From positions 119,206 to 183,205 of the forward strand of contig JAGWUB010000001.1 in the NCBI GenBank assembly GCA_028868715.1: DNA of 64,000 nt, in the 5' to 3' direction. Below the pieces are notes generated by a model, which was not told the origin of the DNA, ran no database searches, and saw only the letters and a list, made by a program, of their open reading frames with translations. Of the stretch, positions 58,977 through 64,000 are shown one piece after another (position 1 is the stretch's first letter; every line of letters starts with the position of its first letter). The translations under genes were made by a program, and so were the position numbers. Source of the stretch: Patescibacteria group bacterium (GTDB lineage: Bacteria > Patescibacteriota > Minisyncoccia > Phycocordibacterales > UBA9973).

Positions 58977-59759
58977 ATGACATGGGCGCTAAAAAGACAA
59001 ATTTTATATATACTAATTCTAGTTTTATTTTTCTCGGGCATTGGATTTTTAATAATTTACCCGCAAATAACCAAAGCTCCATCCTGCTTTGACGGTAAAC
59101 AAAATGGCACAGAGACGGGGGTGGACTGCGGAGGTTCATGTGTCAAAGCCTGCTTAAATCAAGTAGATCAACTTTCTGTTATTTGGTCTCGTATTTTTAG
59201 AGTTGTCCCGGGGCGCTACAATGCCGTGGCATATGTGGTTAATCATAATAAAAACACAGCCATTGAAAAAATAAATTACCGATTTCGCTTTGCCGATCAG
59301 AATAATATTTATATCGGTAAACGTGATGGTAGCACTTACGTACCACCGACTGGAGCGTTTGCAGTATTTGAGCCGGCGATTGATTTAGGTAGCTCTGTAC
59401 CGGTTTATGTTACTTTTGAGTTTACTGAAGTTCCTAATTGGGTTTTTGTATCAGAGCAGAAAATTAATCAAATTAAAGTACTTGTTTCCAATCACGAGCT
59501 TACAGGGGCAGATAGTAGTCCAAGGTTGTCTGCCACTATAAAAAACAATTCATTATTTTCAATTCCAAATGTAAACGTTATCGCAATTCTTTACGATGCT
59601 TCCCACAACGCGGTGTCGGTCAGCCGTACTTACGTAGATATGCTTAATCAGCAAGAATCCAAAGATATCAATTTCACTTGGCCAGAACCATTCGGAAGTT
59701 CTGTAGTTGCCGAAGAAATAATTCCTATCTACGATATTTTTCTTGCAAAGCTTAAATAA
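58977..59759 (+). CDS. Membrane-anchored extracytoplasmic hypothetical protein
   Basis: N-terminal TM; Cys-containing ectodomain; no recognisable family. Confidence 0.45.
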   Translation: MTWALKRQILYILILVLFFSGIGFLIIYPQITKAPSCFDGKQNGTETGVDCGGSCVKACLNQVDQLSVIWSRIFRVVPGRYNAVAYVVNHNKNTAIEKINYRFRFADQNNIYIGKRDGSTYVPPTGAFAVFEPAIDLGSSVPVYVTFEFTEVPNWVFVSEQKINQIKVLVSNHELTGADSSPRLSATIKNNSLFSIPNVNVIAILYDASHNAVSVSRTYVDMLNQQESKDINFTWPEPFGSSVVAEEIIPIYDIFLAKLK

Positions 59760-59763
59760 TTAA

Positions 59764-60894
59764 ATGGCAGAAAAGGCTCTCAAAAGAATAGACTGGTTGT
59801 TGGTTATTTTTATCCTTCCGATAATTGCTGCCGGACTCGTAACCATGAAATCCTTTACTCCACTAGAATCGACGGCAGATTTTTTTGGTAAACAAATTAT
59901 CTGGGTTCTAATATCTTTTGCCGTATTTTTTATATTTTCTTTTATTGACTTTCGTTTTTTAAAACGTACAGAGGTATTAGTATTTTTATTTTTATTCCTT
60001 TCTTTACTTTTATTTATCCTTATTATCATTGGGCATATTTCTCATGGGCACAAAAGTTGGTTTAATTTCGGCTTCTTTTCATTTCAGCCAGTGGATACGA
60101 TGAAATTAGTTTTGGTCTTAATTTTAGCTAAATATTTCTCCCGTCGGCATGTGGAAATTCGAGACATTAAACATATTTTTATTTCTGGATTTTACGCTCT
60201 AGTACCTCTGGTTTTAGTTTTACTCCAGCCGGACTTTGGCTCTGCAATGATTGTAATGTGCATCTGGTTCGGGATGATATTAGTTTCCGGAATCTCTAAA
60301 GTGCATTTGTTTTTGGTGCTTACTTCTGGAGCAATGATTTTCATCATGCTCTGGGCTTTTGTTTTTGCTCCATACCAGAAAGCTCGAATTTATAATTTCG
60401 TTAATCCCTTGGCAGATATTCATGGGACAGGCTACAACGTCTTTCAATCAACCATCGCTGTCGGTTCAGGACAGCTGACTGGTAAAGGCTTGGGCTTTGG
60501 AACTCAGTCAAGATTAAAATTTTTACCAGTACCCCAATCGGATTTTATTTTCGCTGCATACTCAGAAGAGTGGGGCTTCATTGGCTCATTTCTGATACTC
60601 ATACTATATTGTCTGGTAATTTGGCGGATTCTCTATTTGGCTTCTTTGGGTGCTTCTAATTTTGAAATACTTTTCGGCATGGGAATTGCTATTTTTTTCA
60701 TGAGTCATATTCTTATAAATGTCGGTATGAATCTGGGAATTTTGCCGGTGACTGGTATTCCTCTGCCATTTATGAGTTATGGTGGTTCACACTTACTGAC
60801 TGAATTTGCAGGTTTGGGCATCTTGATGAGCATGCGCAGATATGTGAGAACGGCGCATAGAGATAAAATGCACAATGAATTTTTCGGAATGTAA
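59764..60894 (+). CDS. ftsW: Peptidoglycan glycosyltransferase FtsW/RodA (SEDS family)
   Basis: 10 TM; SEDS motifs (QPSEF-like DFGSAMI; PVTGIPLPFMSYGGS). Confidence 0.9.
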   Translation: MAEKALKRIDWLLVIFILPIIAAGLVTMKSFTPLESTADFFGKQIIWVLISFAVFFIFSFIDFRFLKRTEVLVFLFLFLSLLLFILIIIGHISHGHKSWFNFGFFSFQPVDTMKLVLVLILAKYFSRRHVEIRDIKHIFISGFYALVPLVLVLLQPDFGSAMIVMCIWFGMILVSGISKVHLFLVLTSGAMIFIMLWAFVFAPYQKARIYNFVNPLADIHGTGYNVFQSTIAVGSGQLTGKGLGFGTQSRLKFLPVPQSDFIFAAYSEEWGFIGSFLILILYCLVIWRILYLASLGASNFEILFGMGIAIFFMSHILINVGMNLGILPVTGIPLPFMSYGGSHLLTEFAGLGILMSMRRYVRTAHRDKMHNEFFGM

Positions 60895-60898
60895 TTAT

Positions 60899-61744
60899 AT
60901 GCAAATAATTAATGGGAAAAAAATAGCTGAAGAAATTTTAACTAAAATAAAAAGTGAAGTGGCAACCCTGCCATTTACTCCAGTTTTTTGCGATATATTA
61001 GTTGGCGAGGATCCATCTTCTGTCCAATATGTCAAAATGAAGGCCAACGCCGCTACTTCAGTCGGCATTAAGTTTCACACAGCAAATTTTCCTAGCGCCA
61101 TCACTACAGATGAATTAGTTAAAGAAATAAAGCTCTTAAATAAAATAGAAAATATGTGCGGAATCATTGCTCAGCTTCCCTTAGAAGAACACATAGACAA
61201 GAGAGCGATTCTCGATGCCATCAGTCCAGACTTAGATGTAGATTGTTTAGGGGTGGTAGCTAGTAATAAATTTTACGACGGGGAAAATGCTTTAGGGTTT
61301 CCTTCGGCAATGGCTTGTATGACTGTTTTAGATTCTTTAAATTTAGATTTGAAAAATAAAAATATAGTTGTGCTGGGGCAGGGTGATTTGGTGGGGAGGC
61401 CAGTAACAGCGCTTTTGAAGTTTAGAGGACTAGATCCAAAGATAATTAGAAGTAAAACTGAAGGTCGGGAGAAGCTAATTAAGGATGCAGATGTTATAAT
61501 TTCTGGCATCGGCAAGGGTAAATATATAACTGGCGACATGGTCAAAGATGGAGCGGTGTTGATAGACGCTGGAACATCTGAATCAAATGGTAGTATTGTA
61601 GGGGATATTGACTTGGAGTCAGTAAAAGAAATAGCTGGTTTTATTTCTCCGGTTCCGGGTGGCGTAGGTCCGGTGACAGTGGCCACTTTACTTAATAACG
61701 TATTAATAGTCGCTAAAAATCTTAATAAAAATAAACATGAATAA
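60899..61744 (+). CDS. folD: Bifunctional methylenetetrahydrofolate dehydrogenase/cyclohydrolase FolD
   Basis: FolD motifs (GKK...; PGGVGP.T). Confidence 0.85.
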   Translation: MQIINGKKIAEEILTKIKSEVATLPFTPVFCDILVGEDPSSVQYVKMKANAATSVGIKFHTANFPSAITTDELVKEIKLLNKIENMCGIIAQLPLEEHIDKRAILDAISPDLDVDCLGVVASNKFYDGENALGFPSAMACMTVLDSLNLDLKNKNIVVLGQGDLVGRPVTALLKFRGLDPKIIRSKTEGREKLIKDADVIISGIGKGKYITGDMVKDGAVLIDAGTSESNGSIVGDIDLESVKEIAGFISPVPGGVGPVTVATLLNNVLIVAKNLNKNKHE

Positions 61745-62261
61745 TAATATTTTTTTCTTTTTTTATAATTTCGCACATCAATCAGCTTGGCTAGATAACT
61801 GTATAATTTTTCTGGCTGTCTATTTACCTTATATAGTAGTAGTTTTAGCTATGATCTTTTTGCTGATGCATCATGAAGTTTTTAAAGCCGACAATACCTT
61901 TCAGGTTTTTCTCCAAAAGAAAAAAGAAATATTTGGTGCATTTATTGTTGGAGTGATAACTTGGGCTTTAGCATATATTTTAAAAATTTTGGTGCACACT
62001 TCCAGACCTTTTGATATTTTACCCCAGGTACATTCACTTTTCCCTGAAACAGGGCATGCTTTTCCGTCAGGACACGCCACTTTCTTTATGGCCCTAGCGG
62101 TGGCAATATTTTTCTATCACAAAAAAGCTGGCTACTTATTTATGTTTCTTGCTTTGCTCATCGGGATTGCTCGTATTGCAGGCGGAGTGCATTTTCCAAT
62201 TGATATTTTAGGTGGATTCATCCTCGGAGCTCTAGTTGCTTATTTTATGAAAAATGTATAG
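61737..62261 (+). CDS. PAP2-family phosphatase (undecaprenyl-diphosphatase-like) membrane protein
   Basis: KxxxxxxRP...PSGH...R...H acid phosphatase motifs. Confidence 0.7.
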   Translation: MNNNIFFFFYNFAHQSAWLDNCIIFLAVYLPYIVVVLAMIFLLMHHEVFKADNTFQVFLQKKKEIFGAFIVGVITWALAYILKILVHTSRPFDILPQVHSLFPETGHAFPSGHATFFMALAVAIFFYHKKAGYLFMFLALLIGIARIAGGVHFPIDILGGFILGALVAYFMKNV

Positions 62262-62276
62262 AATATCGTTGTATTT

Positions 62277-63656
62277 ATGATTAAAAAATTAATTTTAGCC
62301 ATTATAATCCTTTTACTAGGCGCCAGCGTTGCCTTTTTTGTTTACAAAACTGAACCAAGACTAAACAAGAATTTTGAGACTCAAAAAGCATTTTTTAAGA
62401 AATTTCCTTTTCGTCTAGGATTGGATCTTTCGGGTGGTAGTCACTTGATATACAAAGCCGATGTCAGCGGTGTTCCTGCTGGCCAGGTGGCAGACTCTAT
62501 GGATGCGCTTCGCGATATTATCGAACGCAGAGTAAATCTTTTCGGGGTTTCTGAACCAGTAGTCCAAATACAACACGGCAGTGTAATTTCTGGTGCGGGG
62601 GAGCAATTGATAGTTGATCTTCCGGGGGTGACCGACGTCAATAAAGCAATTGAAATGATAGGGCAGACACCACTTTTGGAATTTAAAGTTGAAAGACCAA
62701 AAGATCAGCCAATAAAAATAACAAGTGCCAATATTGGCAAAGATGGCAAAGTAGACGTAGGAACTCTAAACTTAGGGCAACAATACGTTGCTACTGAACT
62801 TACTGGTAGATACCTCCAGAAGGCAACCTTGGAATTTGATCAAAATACTCGGGAGCCAAGAGTGAGCTTGCAATTTGATGATGTTGGTACAAAACTTTTT
62901 GCGCAAATTACCAAAGACAATATCGGAAAAACTGTAGCCATTTACTTGGATGGAGCACCTATCTCTACACCAGTAGTGCGGGAACAAATTCCAAACGGCC
63001 AGGCGGTTATCTCTGGGAGCTTTACTCCGACTGAGGCAAGAACTCTAGTGGGTCGGCTTAATTCTGGAGCACTACCTGTGCCGATATCCCTACTTTCTAC
63101 CCAAACTATCGGAGCTACTTTAGGTGATAGCGCTGTCCACGCCGGAGTTAAAGCGACAATTATCGGATTCTTACTCGTGGCGCTATTCTTGATTCTTTGG
63201 TATCGCTTACCTGGCTTGGTGGCCACTGTCTCTCTTTCTATTTTCATTGCAATAATTTTGGCGTTGTTTAAATTGATGCCAGTGACTTTGACAGCTGCCG
63301 GTATAGCAGGATTTATAATTTCAATAGGCATAGCTGTGGATGCCAATGTCTTGATTTTTGAAAGAATTAAAGAGGAGTTACGTTCTGGGAGAACCATAAA
63401 TGATTCAGTAAAATTTGGATTTTCTAGAGCTTGGTTTTCTATTCGGGATTCAAATATTTCAAACTTCATCACCGCAGTTATTCTTTTTTGGTTTGGAACA
63501 TCACTCATCAAGGGTTTCGCGTTGACACTTGGAATGGGAGTTATCGTATCCATGTTTAGTGCCATTACCATCACTAGAATTTTCTTAGGAACCCTAGGCT
63601 TTATTGGAGAGGGTAAGGTCGCTAAATTTTTATTCGGAAGCGGACTTAGTAAATAA
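62277..63656 (+). CDS. secD: Protein translocase subunit SecD
   Basis: SecD periplasmic domain plus C-terminal 6-TM domain. Confidence 0.9.
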   Translation: MIKKLILAIIILLLGASVAFFVYKTEPRLNKNFETQKAFFKKFPFRLGLDLSGGSHLIYKADVSGVPAGQVADSMDALRDIIERRVNLFGVSEPVVQIQHGSVISGAGEQLIVDLPGVTDVNKAIEMIGQTPLLEFKVERPKDQPIKITSANIGKDGKVDVGTLNLGQQYVATELTGRYLQKATLEFDQNTREPRVSLQFDDVGTKLFAQITKDNIGKTVAIYLDGAPISTPVVREQIPNGQAVISGSFTPTEARTLVGRLNSGALPVPISLLSTQTIGATLGDSAVHAGVKATIIGFLLVALFLILWYRLPGLVATVSLSIFIAIILALFKLMPVTLTAAGIAGFIISIGIAVDANVLIFERIKEELRSGRTINDSVKFGFSRAWFSIRDSNISNFITAVILFWFGTSLIKGFALTLGMGVIVSMFSAITITRIFLGTLGFIGEGKVAKFLFGSGLSK

Positions 63657-63668
63657 TTTTAAATTGTT

Positions 63669-64000
63669 ATGTTTATTATAAAACACAAAAAAATATTTAT
63701 CGGCATATCCATTGGTTTGGTTGTTTTGTCACTTCTTTCTTTTTTTGTATTTGGACTAAACGTCGGAATTGATTTCAAGGGCGGTGCTCTCTCAGAAGTT
63801 GTTTACGGAGGTCCACGTCCGGCCCAAGCTGATTTAAACCAATCTCTAAAAACTTTGAACTTTGGAACCATCCTTCTCCAACCAACTGGAGACAAGGGCT
63901 ATATTGTAAAGACTAGAGACTTGAGCACTTCCGAGCATGCCCTACTACTTGAAACTCTTTCCCAAAAAGGCTTAAATCCGCTTACGGAGACAAATTTTGA
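63669..64000 (+). CDS. secF: Protein translocase subunit SecF, 3' end truncated by the window edge
   Basis: N-terminal TM plus GIDFKGG motif; continues past the window end. Confidence 0.8.
   Translation, partial: MFIIKHKKIFIGISIGLVVLSLLSFFVFGLNVGIDFKGGALSEVVYGGPRPAQADLNQSLKTLNFGTILLQPTGDKGYIVKTRDLSTSEHALLLETLSQKGLNPLTETNF

Noticed and set aside
1-64000. CRISPR arrays, transposases, integrases and prophage hallmark genes
   Set aside because: No regularly spaced direct repeats and no recognisable transposase, integrase, capsid or terminase ORFs in any frame. Apart from the miniature palindromic element, the window appears to be chromosomal core.

Overview
This 64 kb window is AT-rich and gene-dense. 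The gene content points to a reduced-genome bacterium of the Patescibacteria/CPR type: translation, DNA repair, type IV pilus, secretion, cell-surface proteins and nucleotide salvage, with no biosynthetic pathways. I called about 75 CDS, 8 tRNAs and several intrinsic terminators. The 8 tRNAs are Lys-TTT, Arg-GCG, Ser-TGA, Val-TAC, Arg-TCT, Leu-GAG, His-GTG with an encoded G-1, and one unusual Arg. The standout observation is a roughly 80 nt element bounded by inverted repeats, inserted in frame and nearly identical at the nucleotide level into both uvrB and uvrC. It adds the same 26-residue peptide to both proteins, analogous to Rickettsia palindromic elements. Other points of interest: (1) recombination and repair genes ruvC-ruvB, polA, holA, uvrB-uvrA-uvrC, mutM and ruvA are co-localised; (2) the conserved ribosomal-protein clusters are interrupted, with no rplA/rplJ/rplL after rplK, two metalloprotease-like genes between fusA and tuf, and the S10 cluster broken after rplB by a GC-rich small-protein gene plus a perfect hairpin; (3) a surface module pairs a GC-rich secreted coiled-coil protein with a giant Ig-like-repeat/DUF11 adhesin that carries a very recent internal tandem duplication; (4) a divergent pair of tiny, highly acidic ORFs lies between tyrS and ruvC; (5) the zwf-gnd operon ends in a cyclase-family hydrolase rather than a canonical lactonase. 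No CRISPR array, reverse transcriptase, transposase or intein was seen.
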